A DNA stretch of 60,956 nucleotides from Pseudomonadota bacterium. GTDB lineage: Bacteria > Pseudomonadota > Gammaproteobacteria > Pseudomonadales > Oleiphilaceae. Every line of letters begins with the position of its first letter. Position 1 is the first letter of the stretch. The stretch spans positions 1 to 60,956 of the forward strand of contig JBNJEG010000001.1 in NCBI GenBank assembly GCA_051745655.1. The letters run 5' to 3'. The notes under the pieces are model-generated. The model saw only the letters and a program-made list of their open reading frames with translations, was not told the DNA's origin and did no database searches. The translations under genes and the position numbers were made by a program. Below are positions 51,303 to 60,529 of the stretch, piece by piece.

Positions 51303-52175
51303 ATGAGCCGTTCCTTTGTCTTCCTGTTGATCGCACTGTTCAGCCTGTCTGCGCTGGGCGCCGGGTCCGAATCCAGCCGCGAGCGTTTCATTGAGCGCAT
51401 GGTCAACGATGAGGGGTTCAAGCGCAGTCGGGTCGTTGAGTGGTTGGATGCCGCCCGCCATGATGACGATGTGATTGAGCGCATCAGCGCACCCGCTGAG
51501 AAAGTGCTGGACTGGGGGGAATACCGTGAGATATTCCTGACCCTGGAGCGTGTGGAGCAGGGTCGGGCCTTCATGGCGCGTCACCGGGAGACGCTGGAAC
51601 GCGCCGAGGCACGATTTGGTGTGCCCGCGGAACTGATTACCGCGATCATCGGGATTGAAACCTTTTACGGACGCCATACCGGTAATGATCGGGTGCTGGA
51701 TGCCCTGGTAACGCTTGGTTTCGGCTATCCGCCCAGGGCTGATTTTTTCCGCGAGGAACTGCGGCACTTTCTGTTGCTGGCGAGAGAGCAGGGTTTTGAT
51801 CCCCGGGAGCCGACGGGCTCCTACGCGGGGGCCATGGGCTACGGGCAGTTCATTGCCAGCAGCTATCGGCATTACGCCGTGGATTTTGACGACGATGGCA
51901 CCGCAGATCTTTTCACCAATCCGGTGGACGCTATTGGCAGTGTCGCCAACTACTTTCATGAACATGAGTGGCAGCGGGGTGCCCCGGTCGTTATGCCGCT
52001 CGTGGAATGGCGTGGGCCCGTCGGGGATACACGCCTGTTGAGGTTGAACCTGGAGGATGGATCCCGCGACTGGATCGCCCACGCCAACTTCGATGTCATC
52101 ACGCGCTACAATCACAGCGACCTCTATGCCATGGCGGCCTGGTCGCTGGCCCAGCGTCTGCGCCAGGAGCCGTGA
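51303..52175 (+). CDS. mltB: Family 3 lytic transglycosylase (MltB/SltB1-like, no lipobox)
   Basis: Catalytic IIGIET, GSYAGAMG..QF, EF-hand-like DFDDDG, ITRYNHS. Confidence 0.92.
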   Translation: MSRSFVFLLIALFSLSALGAGSESSRERFIERMVNDEGFKRSRVVEWLDAARHDDDVIERISAPAEKVLDWGEYREIFLTLERVEQGRAFMARHRETLERAEARFGVPAELITAIIGIETFYGRHTGNDRVLDALVTLGFGYPPRADFFREELRHFLLLAREQGFDPREPTGSYAGAMGYGQFIASSYRHYAVDFDDDGTADLFTNPVDAIGSVANYFHEHEWQRGAPVVMPLVEWRGPVGDTRLLRLNLEDGSRDWIAHANFDVITRYNHSDLYAMAAWSLAQRLRQEP

Positions 52176-52177
52176 GC

Positions 52178-53056
52178 ATGGGCAAACCATCCGCTCTGCT
52201 GTCAGTGCTCCTGGTTCTTGTTCTGGCGGGCTGTGCCGGTACCGGTCAGCAACGACAGTCTGACTCCCGCTACACGCTTTCCCAGGATACCGGGCCGGAT
52301 AGGGAGTTCGACGTTGCCAGCATCGAAGAGCCGGAACCGAAGTATGAGAAGCCCAGTAAGGGCGGCAACAAGTCGCCCTACGAGGTCTGGGGCGAGACCT
52401 ACAAGGTTATGGACTCCGCTGAGGACTACGAGGCACGGGGTGTGGCGAGCTGGTATGGGCGCAAGTTCCACGGCCACCTGACTTCCAATGGTGAGACCTA
52501 CGACATGTACGAGCTCAGCGCAGCGCACCGGAGCCTGCCACTGCCGTCCTATCTGCGGGTCACCAATCTGGAGAACGAGCGCTCCACCATTGTCCGTGTC
52601 AATGATCGTGGTCCCTTCCATGGCGACCGCCTGATTGATCTGTCGTATGCGGCAGCAAGGGTGCTTGGGTTCGATGGCGATGGAACGGCGCGCGTCCATA
52701 TTGAGGCAGTCGCGGCGAGCCCGGAGGAGGCAGGTTCCGACGCCGGGGATACCGGAGAAGATGAGAGCCCCGAGGAAGAGCCCGCATTACCATCGGGAAA
52801 AAAAGAGGACCGTCTCTTTGTTCAGGTGGGTGCATTTGGTAACTTAACGGCCGCCACGCAGCTCAAGGCCCAGCTGCTCATGGTGACGGCCGGTGACGTC
52901 CACCTGATTGAAGGCCAGGAGGATGAACAGGTCCACCGAGTCTGGGTTGGCCCTTTCCAGAAGCGGGATGCTGCGGAACAGGCCCGCCGTGCCATTGAGC
53001 AGAACGATCTGGGGCAGCCCATCATCATTACACGGCCCGCTGGCAGCGCGGGCTGA
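52178..53056 (+). CDS. rlpA: Septal ring lytic transglycosylase RlpA (DPBB + SPOR)
   Basis: Lipobox LAGC, ASWYG, AAHRSLP, VNDRGPF, IDLSY, VQVGAF; start reset to ATG 52178. Confidence 0.95.
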   Translation: MGKPSALLSVLLVLVLAGCAGTGQQRQSDSRYTLSQDTGPDREFDVASIEEPEPKYEKPSKGGNKSPYEVWGETYKVMDSAEDYEARGVASWYGRKFHGHLTSNGETYDMYELSAAHRSLPLPSYLRVTNLENERSTIVRVNDRGPFHGDRLIDLSYAAARVLGFDGDGTARVHIEAVAASPEEAGSDAGDTGEDESPEEEPALPSGKKEDRLFVQVGAFGNLTAATQLKAQLLMVTAGDVHLIEGQEDEQVHRVWVGPFQKRDAAEQARRAIEQNDLGQPIIITRPAGSAG

Positions 53057-53075
53057 CCATCAGGATAATACGATC

Positions 53076-54227
53076 ATGCGCAAGCTGTTCTCGATTCTAC
53101 TGGTTTTCTGCATTGTTTCCGTGGCAACGCCGGTTCATGCCTCCAGCCTGATTCCCTCGCCACCGGATCTGGGCGCGGAGTCTTATATCCTGATGGACGT
53201 CCAGAGCGGGCGGATCCTGGTTGAGAAGAACGCCGATGAGCGGGTTGCGCCAGCCAGCCTTACCAAGATGATGACTGCCTACATTGCGGATCGCGAGGTC
53301 GAGGAAGGACGGCTGAGCCTGGATGAAGAAACCACTGTCAGCGTCAATGCGTGGCAGACCGGGGGGTCCCGGATGTTCCTCAAGGAAGGTAACAGTGTGA
53401 CCGTGCGGGAGCTGCTGAACGGCATCATCGTGCAGTCGGGCAACGATGCAAGCGTGGCGCTGGCCGAGCACATTGCCGGTGGCGAGGGGTCATTCGCACA
53501 GATGATGAATCAGCAGGCCAGCCAGCTGGGAATGGACGATACCCAGTTCACCAATGCCACAGGCCTGCCGGATCCGGACATGTACACCACGGCACGGGAT
53601 ATGGCCCGTCTTGCCATCGCCAAGATCCGCGACTTTCCGGAAAGCTACGACCTCTATTCCGAGCGCTATTACACCTACAACGGGATCCGTCAGCCCAACC
53701 GTAACCGGCTGCTCTGGCGAGACAAGTCCGTTGATGGGCTCAAGACCGGGCATACCGAAGACGCGGGCTACTGTCTGGCTGCATCGGCCCAGCGCGACAA
53801 CATGCGCCTGGTGAGTGTGGTTATGGGCGCTTCCAGTTCTGAAGCCAGGGCCCGTGAATCCCAGCAGCTGCTGAACTATGGCTTCCGTTACTACGAGACT
53901 TTCCGCCTTTTCGAAGGGGGTGAAAAGGTGACTGATTCCAGGGTCTGGAAAGGCGCCGGGGACCAGGTTGACCTGGGCATCCAGGAGGACCTGTACCTGA
54001 CACTGCCGAACGGTGCAAGGGAAGAGCTGGAGCCCAAGGTCTCGGTCGAGTCTGTGCTGGAAGCCCCTCTGGAGCGCGGAGACGTGTTCGGTGAGCTGAC
54101 CGTGGCCCATGATGGCAATACCCTGGCAGAACGGGACCTGGTGGCGCTGCATTCCGTGGAACAGGGCGGCTTTTTCCGCCGCGTCTGGGACGCCATCAAG
54201 CTGTTCTTCCTGGGGCTGTTCCAGTAA
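53076..54227 (+). CDS. dacA: D-Ala-D-Ala carboxypeptidase (PBP5/6, DacA/DacC family)
   Basis: PASLTK, SGN, KTG; start reset to ATG 53076. Confidence 0.93.
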   Translation: MRKLFSILLVFCIVSVATPVHASSLIPSPPDLGAESYILMDVQSGRILVEKNADERVAPASLTKMMTAYIADREVEEGRLSLDEETTVSVNAWQTGGSRMFLKEGNSVTVRELLNGIIVQSGNDASVALAEHIAGGEGSFAQMMNQQASQLGMDDTQFTNATGLPDPDMYTTARDMARLAIAKIRDFPESYDLYSERYYTYNGIRQPNRNRLLWRDKSVDGLKTGHTEDAGYCLAASAQRDNMRLVSVVMGASSSEARARESQQLLNYGFRYYETFRLFEGGEKVTDSRVWKGAGDQVDLGIQEDLYLTLPNGAREELEPKVSVESVLEAPLERGDVFGELTVAHDGNTLAERDLVALHSVEQGGFFRRVWDAIKLFFLGLFQ

Positions 54228-54237
54228 CCTAGGGGCC

Positions 54238-54507
54238 ATGAGTGAAGGTCAGCAGCCCCAGATCGAGTTTCCCTGTGATTACCCGATAAAGGTAATCGGG
54301 GATCACAGTGAGGATTTCGCCCTGACGGTAACCCGGGTTCTACAGCAGTTCGACCCGGCGTTTGATCCAGCGACTCTCACCGCCCAGCCCAGCCGCAATG
54401 GCCGCTTCATTTCGGTCCGCGTAACCCTGCGCGCGACCGGTGAAGAGCAGCTCAGAAACCTGTTTGCGGCCCTCAAGGCGACCGGCCAGGTTCACATGGT
54501 GGTCTGA
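54238..54507 (+). CDS. ybeD: YbeD (UPF0250) family protein
   Basis: [21 protein letters not shown]; lies between dac and lipB. Confidence 0.92.
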   Translation: MSEGQQPQIEFPCDYPIKVIGDHSEDFALTVTRVLQQFDPAFDPATLTAQPSRNGRFISVRVTLRATGEEQLRNLFAALKATGQVHMVV

Positions 54508-55154
54508 TGGCCACGCATCCCCCTCCTGCCAGCGAGCCAAGATTTGAATGGCTCGGTCGGCGTGCCTATGAGCCCGTATTTGAGGCCATGAAGGCCTTTA
54601 CGGAGCAACGCGACGGCGGAACCCGCGATGAATGCTGGCTCCTGGAGCACGAGCCGGTTTTTACTCAGGGTCAGGCGGGCCGGGCAGAGCATCTCCTCTG
54701 GCCCGGAGATATTCCGGTGGTCCAGGTGGATCGGGGGGGGCAGGTCACCTATCACGGGCCTGGCCAGCTCATGCTCTATACCCTGATTGATATCCGTCGC
54801 AGAAATCTTGGGGTCCGCCAGCTCGTAAGCCTGCTGGAGGACACCACCGTGGCCGTGCTGGCGCACTGGGGCATTGAGGCTGCGCCGCGCCGGGATGCGC
54901 CCGGCGTCTACGTGGCGGGTGAAAAGATCGCTTCCCTGGGGCTGCGTGTGCGCCGGGGCTGCGCCTATCATGGACTGGCGCTCAACGTAGACATGGATCT
55001 CTCACCATTCCAGAGGATCAATCCCTGCGGCTATGCCGGTATGCCGGTGACGCAGATCCGCGATCGGGTTGAGGCGCCCGTGTCGCTTGAAACAGTATCG
55101 GAGGTACTCCAGCAGACACTGCTGGAGCGGTTGCAACAGGCCGGGAGCGAGTGA
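54507..55154 (+). CDS. lipB: Octanoyltransferase
   Basis: [33 protein letters not shown]. Confidence 0.97.
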   Translation: MATHPPPASEPRFEWLGRRAYEPVFEAMKAFTEQRDGGTRDECWLLEHEPVFTQGQAGRAEHLLWPGDIPVVQVDRGGQVTYHGPGQLMLYTLIDIRRRNLGVRQLVSLLEDTTVAVLAHWGIEAAPRRDAPGVYVAGEKIASLGLRVRRGCAYHGLALNVDMDLSPFQRINPCGYAGMPVTQIRDRVEAPVSLETVSEVLQQTLLERLQQAGSE

Positions 55155-56561
55155 ATGGCATCCGAGAAGAAGCGTGGTTCGGTTGCGCGGATCAAGACCG
55201 GCAGCTTTGAGCGCCGGCTGAGTCTGACCCGTGCTGGTCTTTTTGCCGGCACACGCATGGCCACCCACTATGCCACCAATTGGTTTGGCAGTCGGGAGAA
55301 TCGCGACAGACGCCGCAGTGATATGCTTTCGCGCCAGGCACAGTATCTCGTGGAGGAGCTCGGGCAGCTCAAGGGTAGTGTGGTCAAGATTGGTCAGATC
55401 ATGGCCCTCTACGGTGAGCACTTTCTTCCGGAAGAGGTCACCGAGGCACTGCACACCCTGGAAGATCGGACTACCTCCCTGGAGTGGGAAACCATAGAGC
55501 GCGAGCTGAAAAAGGAGCTGGGGGAGAAACGCCTGTCGGAGCTGGAGGTGGATCGGGAGCCGATCGGCGCTGCTTCCCTGGGGCAGGTTCACCGGGCCCG
55601 CCGTCGTTCCGACGGCCTTGAAATGGCCCTGAAGATCCAGTATCCCGGTGTGGCTGATGCGGTGGATTCGGATCTGAATTCCGTGGCACAGGTGCTTAAG
55701 ATGGCCCGGGTGGTCTCCTGGGGGCCGGCGTTTGACGAATGGCTCGAGGAAGTCCGCACCATGATGCACCGGGAGGTGGATTACCGCCTGGAAGCCCGCA
55801 CCACCGAGTCGTTCCGGCAGAAGTTGGTGGGCGACCCACGCTTCATCGTGCCCCGCGTCATCGAAGAGTATTCCAGTGACCATGTCATCGCCTCGACCTT
55901 TGAGTCCGGTCACTCGGTGAGTTCCGACCGGGTTCAGTGCCTGTCACTGGAACGGCGGTCCGCGTTGGGCAAGGGCGCGCTGGAACTTTTTCTGAGCGAA
56001 CTCTTCATCTGGAGTGAGATCCAGACCGATCCCAACTTTGGCAACTACCGAATCCGCCTGGCCGAGGAAACCGGCGACCGGGACTGCATCGTACTGCTCG
56101 ATTTCGGGGCTGTTCAGCGCTATTCCGATGAGTTCCTCGGCCCAGTGCGGGATATGATCCGGGCCTCCTACGAACAGGATCTGGATGCCGTTATTGAGGG
56201 CGGCATTCAATTGCGCTTCATGCAGCAGGACTGGCCCCGGGCGGTCCTGGAACGGTTTGGTGGTGTCTGCATGCGGGTGCTCGAGCCGCTCAGCGGTGAC
56301 GCCATGGAAAAGCCCGACTACGCGGTGAACGACCGGGGCGAATACCGCTGGAAGCAGAGCGATCTGCCCAACCGCGTAGCACGCGAGGCCACCCGGTCCG
56401 CCATCAACCGCTATTTCCGTATTCCGCCAAAAGAATTCGTGTTCCTCAACCGCAAGCTGGTCGGTGTCTACACCTTCATTGCGGTCCTGGCGGCGGAGTT
56501 CGACGGCGAGCCGGTACTGCGCCACTACCTCTACGGGGAAGCCGAAAATCCTGGGGGCTGA
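55155..56561 (+). CDS. ABC1/UbiB-family atypical kinase, COQ8/ADCK3-like
   Basis: KIGQ, AASLGQVH, KIQYPGV, EVDY..EA, QTDPNFGN, LLDFG. Confidence 0.9.
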   Translation: MASEKKRGSVARIKTGSFERRLSLTRAGLFAGTRMATHYATNWFGSRENRDRRRSDMLSRQAQYLVEELGQLKGSVVKIGQIMALYGEHFLPEEVTEALHTLEDRTTSLEWETIERELKKELGEKRLSELEVDREPIGAASLGQVHRARRRSDGLEMALKIQYPGVADAVDSDLNSVAQVLKMARVVSWGPAFDEWLEEVRTMMHREVDYRLEARTTESFRQKLVGDPRFIVPRVIEEYSSDHVIASTFESGHSVSSDRVQCLSLERRSALGKGALELFLSELFIWSEIQTDPNFGNYRIRLAEETGDRDCIVLLDFGAVQRYSDEFLGPVRDMIRASYEQDLDAVIEGGIQLRFMQQDWPRAVLERFGGVCMRVLEPLSGDAMEKPDYAVNDRGEYRWKQSDLPNRVAREATRSAINRYFRIPPKEFVFLNRKLVGVYTFIAVLAAEFDGEPVLRHYLYGEAENPGG

Positions 56562-56573
56562 GTCCGGAAGCCA

Positions 56574-56582
56574 TGGTATCCT
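56574..56582 (+). promoter_or_regulatory. Extended -10 promoter candidate for the glutaredoxin gene
   Basis: TG-G-TATCCT upstream of the GAGGAG Shine-Dalgarno. Confidence 0.4.
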
Positions 56583-56615
56583 TGCGCCCGAATCTGGATT
56601 GAGGAGTAATCGGTA

Positions 56616-56858
56616 ATGGAAAAAGTGACGATCTACGGTCGTACGTCCTGTGGTTTCTGCACCGGTGCGCGGCGCTTGTGCGAAGTGCGTAACCTGGATC
56701 ATGAATGGGTGGACATGGTCTCGGAAGGCCTCGACAAGCAGGATCTGTCCGAGATTGCGGGGAGCCCGGTGCATACGGTCCCGCAGATTTTTGTTGGCGA
56801 TCGCCACATTGGTGGGTTCGACGAGTTTTCCCAGTACGTTGAAACGAACCAGGGCTGA
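56616..56858 (+). CDS. grxA: Dithiol glutaredoxin (GrxA-like)
   Basis: IYGR..CGFC, TVPQIF, HIGG. Confidence 0.85.
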   Translation: MEKVTIYGRTSCGFCTGARRLCEVRNLDHEWVDMVSEGLDKQDLSEIAGSPVHTVPQIFVGDRHIGGFDEFSQYVETNQG

Positions 56859-56884
56859 ATCACCTTAAGGGAGGCACGGCGAGC

Positions 56885-57076
56885 ATGGCCGATGACGAAA
56901 GCATGAAACGCCCGGAGACGATACCGGAAGAACGCTGGAAGCAGCATCTCGACTGGATGCAGGTTACCGGGAGTACGCTGGACGAACACCTCAAGGAACA
57001 GAGCACTGGCGAGCTCTGGAAGCAGTTCCAGCGCCGCTCCATGACCCGGCGCCGCAGCGACGACGCCGAGTCCTGA
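56885..57076 (+). CDS. Small hypothetical protein (63 aa)
   Basis: GGGAGG Shine-Dalgarno upstream; fills the gap between grx and pfk. Confidence 0.65.
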   Translation: MADDESMKRPETIPEERWKQHLDWMQVTGSTLDEHLKEQSTGELWKQFQRRSMTRRRSDDAES

Positions 57077-57082
57077 AACGCC

Positions 57083-58345
57083 TCAGAGCTTGAAGTCGGC
57101 CTTGAGCTTCTTCTCAACGGGCCGGTTCTCAAGCTTGGCCACCTTGGGCAGGCCATTCTCGAACGGCGGGAAGGACTCGCCCTGGATCAGCGGCTCAAGG
57201 TATTCACGGCAGTCCGCGGTGATGCCGAAACCCTCATCCGTGGTGTAATGGATTGGCATCTTCTTCTCCTGGTTAGCCACCTCATTCAGCGGCGCCTCGC
57301 TGATGTGCCAGCGATAGGGGTTGGATGATTCGCGCTTGATGATGGGCATGATGCCGTTGCGGCCTTCCAGGGCGTAGTTGACGGCTGCCTCACCCACGGC
57401 GTAGGCCTGTTCCACATCTGTCTGTGAGGCGATGTGGCGCGCGGAGCGCTGCAGGTAGTCCGCAACCGCCCAGTGGTACTTGTGCCCCAGCGACTGCTTC
57501 ACCATGTTGGCCAGGGTCGGCGCTACGCCACCCAGCTGGGTATGGCCGAAGGCGTCCTTCTGGCCGGCTTCCGCGAGGAAACGGCCGTCATCGTACTGGG
57601 CACCCTCCGAGGCCACCACCACGCAGAACCCGTGATCCCTCACGCACTGGTCGACCTTGTTCAGGAAGGCCTCACGCTCGAAAGGGTGTTCCGGGAAGAT
57701 AATGATATGCGGCGCGTCGCCCGGATTTTTCCCGGCCAGCCCGCCGGCGGCGGCGATCCAGCCCGCGTGGCGGCCCATGACCTCGAGGATGAAGACCTTG
57801 GTGGAGGAGTCGCACATGGACTGGATGTCCAGGCTCGCCTCCAGTGTGGACGTCGCCACGTACTTGGCCACGGAGCCGAAGCCGGGGCAGCAGTCGGTGA
57901 AGGGCAGGTCGTTGTCGACGGTCTTGGGAACGCCGATGCAGTTGAGCGGGTAGCCCATACGCTCGGCCATCTGGGAGATCTTGAAGGCGGTGTCCTGGGA
58001 ATCACCGCCACCGTTGTAGAAAAAATAGCCGATGTCGTGGGCGCGGAAGACTTCGATCAGGCGTTCGTATTCGTGCCGGTTCTCATCGATGTTCCGCAGC
58101 TTGTGGCGGCAGGAGCCAAAGGCACCGCCCGGGGTGTGGATCAGGGCATGGATCTCTTCATCGGTCTCGTAACTGGTGTCGATCAGCTCCTCCTTGAGGG
58201 CACCGGTAATACCGTTGCGGCCGGCGAATACCTTGCCGATACGGTCGCTGTTCTTGCGCGCGGTTTCGATGACTCCAGCGGCGCTGGTGTTGATGACCGC
58301 GGTCACGCCCCCGGACTGGGCATAGAAAGCGTTCTTGGGCGCCAT
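57083..58345 (-). CDS. pfp: PfkA-family phosphofructokinase, likely pyrophosphate-dependent
   Basis: QSGG, GGGDS, PKTVDND, EVMGR; start reset to ATG 58345 with AGGAGG Shine-Dalgarno. Confidence 0.88.
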   Translation of the reverse strand: MAPKNAFYAQSGGVTAVINTSAAGVIETARKNSDRIGKVFAGRNGITGALKEELIDTSYETDEEIHALIHTPGGAFGSCRHKLRNIDENRHEYERLIEVFRAHDIGYFFYNGGGDSQDTAFKISQMAERMGYPLNCIGVPKTVDNDLPFTDCCPGFGSVAKYVATSTLEASLDIQSMCDSSTKVFILEVMGRHAGWIAAAGGLAGKNPGDAPHIIIFPEHPFEREAFLNKVDQCVRDHGFCVVVASEGAQYDDGRFLAEAGQKDAFGHTQLGGVAPTLANMVKQSLGHKYHWAVADYLQRSARHIASQTDVEQAYAVGEAAVNYALEGRNGIMPIIKRESSNPYRWHISEAPLNEVANQEKKMPIHYTTDEGFGITADCREYLEPLIQGESFPPFENGLPKVAKLENRPVEKKLKADFKL

Positions 58346-58497
58346 GGTGTTGAGCCTCCTGCAATCGACTGAATAGGCACGCATGATACTTGAAAGCACC
58401 GTGGTTGTGCATGATCCATATGACAGCGGATTGGGTTTATCCGGGATTTCCAATACCATGGCGTGATCCATTGGGCAACGGGCCGGAACGGCGGACT

Positions 58498-59871
58498 ATG
58501 CACATCCACATCCTTGGCATCTGCGGTACTTTCATGGGCAGCCTGGCGCTGCTCGCACGCGAGCTCGGGCACGAGGTCACCGGCTCGGACGAGAACGTCT
58601 ACCCGCCCATGAGTACCCAGCTTGAGCAGGCCGGTATCCAGCTGCACGAAGGTTATAATCGTGAGGCCCTGAAGCCCGCCCCGGACCTGGTGGTGGTGGG
58701 CAATGCCCTGGGTCGGGGCAATGCGGCCGTGGAATACATGCTCAACCGGAATATGCCCTATGTGTCCGGCCCGGAATTCCTGGCCCGGGAGGTGCTGAAC
58801 GGCCGCTGGGTGCTGGCGGCGGCGGGGACCCACGGCAAGACCACCACGGCCTCGATGATGCTCTGGATCCTGGAGCAGGCGGGGTTCGATCCGGGGTATC
58901 TCATCGGCGGTGTTCCCAATGACTTTGAGCACTCCGCGCGCCTCGGCAGCAGTGACTTCTTCGTGGTGGAGGCGGACGAGTATGACAGCGCCTTCTTCGA
59001 CAAGCGCTCCAAGTTCGTCCACTACCGGCCCCGGACACTGATCCTCAACAACCTGGAATTCGACCATGCGGACATCTTCGACAGCATCGAGGATATTGAG
59101 CGCCAGGTGCACCACCTGGTGCGTACCGTACCGGCCACGGGCCTGATCGTACGCCCGGCGCGCGACCGCAACCTGGATTGCGCGCTGGCGCTGGGCTGCT
59201 GGACGCCCATCCAGAGCACCGCCATTGGCGGGGAGGCGGACCTGGCCAGTTGGCGCGCGGAGCTGACCGCCTCGGACGGCAGCGAGTTCATGGTGGTGCA
59301 CAACGAACAGCCCGTGGCCCGGCTGCGCTGGAATCTCACCGGCCAGCACAATGTGCGCAACGCCCTGGCCGCCATTGCCGCCGCCAAGCACGTGGGTGTG
59401 ACCCCCGACCACGCCATCGCCGCACTGCAGCGCTTCGGTGGGGTCAAGCGGCGCATGGAGCTGATCGCGGATGTGGGCGGCATCCGGCTCTATGACGACT
59501 TCGCACACCACCCCACCGCCATCGCCACCACCCTGGACGGGCTGCGGCACCAGGTGGGGGAGGATCCCGTGGTCGCCGTTGTGGAGCCTCGTTCCAATAC
59601 CATGAAACAGGGCCATCACAGCGCCCGCCTGCTGGAGTCCACCATGCTGGCGGACCGGGTGGTCTGGGTGGATTACGACGAACAGGACTGGTTGGCCGCC
59701 ATGCTGGATGGCGCGGACGGGCGCCACAGCCGCTACAGTGTGATGGAGGAGCTGGTCAGTGGTCTCTGCGGTGACCTCCCCAGGCCCTGCCACATCGTCC
59801 TCATGAGCAACGGCGGCATGGGCGGGCTGCGCGAGCGGCTCAGGAACCAGCTGGAGACCTGTTTTGGCTGA
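58498..59871 (+). CDS. mpl: Murein peptide ligase (peptidoglycan recycling)
   Basis: [47 protein letters not shown]; start reset to ATG 58498. Confidence 0.97.
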   Translation: MHIHILGICGTFMGSLALLARELGHEVTGSDENVYPPMSTQLEQAGIQLHEGYNREALKPAPDLVVVGNALGRGNAAVEYMLNRNMPYVSGPEFLAREVLNGRWVLAAAGTHGKTTTASMMLWILEQAGFDPGYLIGGVPNDFEHSARLGSSDFFVVEADEYDSAFFDKRSKFVHYRPRTLILNNLEFDHADIFDSIEDIERQVHHLVRTVPATGLIVRPARDRNLDCALALGCWTPIQSTAIGGEADLASWRAELTASDGSEFMVVHNEQPVARLRWNLTGQHNVRNALAAIAAAKHVGVTPDHAIAALQRFGGVKRRMELIADVGGIRLYDDFAHHPTAIATTLDGLRHQVGEDPVVAVVEPRSNTMKQGHHSARLLESTMLADRVVWVDYDEQDWLAAMLDGADGRHSRYSVMEELVSGLCGDLPRPCHIVLMSNGGMGGLRERLRNQLETCFG

Positions 59872-60529
59872 ACGACCCGTGATCAATGTTGCCATGACCG
59901 GCGCCTCGGGCGCCCCTTACGGGCTGCGGCTGCTGGAGCAGCTGATGGCGGCCGGCTGCGAGGTGCGCCTGATGATCTCGAAGGCGGCCCAGGTGGTGAT
60001 CAGCACCGAGACGGACCTGCGCCTGCCGGGCAGCACGGATGCCGCCACCCGGCTTTTGACGGAGCGCTTTGGCGGCGAGGCAGGGCAGCTGACCCTGTTT
60101 GGCCGGGAGGACTGGTTCGCGCCGCCGGCCTCCGGCTCCGGGCCGAAGGCGCCGCTGGTGATCTGCCCCTGCAGCACGGGCACACTTTCGGCGCTGGCCA
60201 ACGGCGCCAGCGACAACCTCATTGAACGGGCCGGGGACGTGGCCCTGAAGGAACGGCGCCAACTGATCCTGGTGCCGCGCGAGTCCCCCTATTCCGAGGT
60301 CCACCTGCAGAACATGCTCACGCTTACCCGCATGGGCGCCACCATCATGCCCGCGAGCCCCGGCTTCTATCACGAACCGCAGAGCGTGGGCGACCTGGTG
60401 GACTTCATCGTGGCCCGCCTCCTGGATCACCTGGGCCTGGAGCAGAACCTGGTTGGGCGCTGGGGCGAGGCGCGCCTGGCCATGAAACGCGATACGGCAG
60501 GAGAAAAGAACACCGATGAGCGGGATTGA
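59864..60529 (+). CDS. ubiX: Flavin prenyltransferase
   Basis: [36 protein letters not shown]; TTG start overlapping mpl. Confidence 0.95.
   Translation: MAERPVINVAMTGASGAPYGLRLLEQLMAAGCEVRLMISKAAQVVISTETDLRLPGSTDAATRLLTERFGGEAGQLTLFGREDWFAPPASGSGPKAPLVICPCSTGTLSALANGASDNLIERAGDVALKERRQLILVPRESPYSEVHLQNMLTLTRMGATIMPASPGFYHEPQSVGDLVDFIVARLLDHLGLEQNLVGRWGEARLAMKRDTAGEKNTDERD

Noticed and set aside
54733-54740. G8 run in lipB (and G7 in murC at 20274-20280) as phase-variation tracts
   Set aside because: Both are short, in frame, encode Gly-Gly and lie in housekeeping genes
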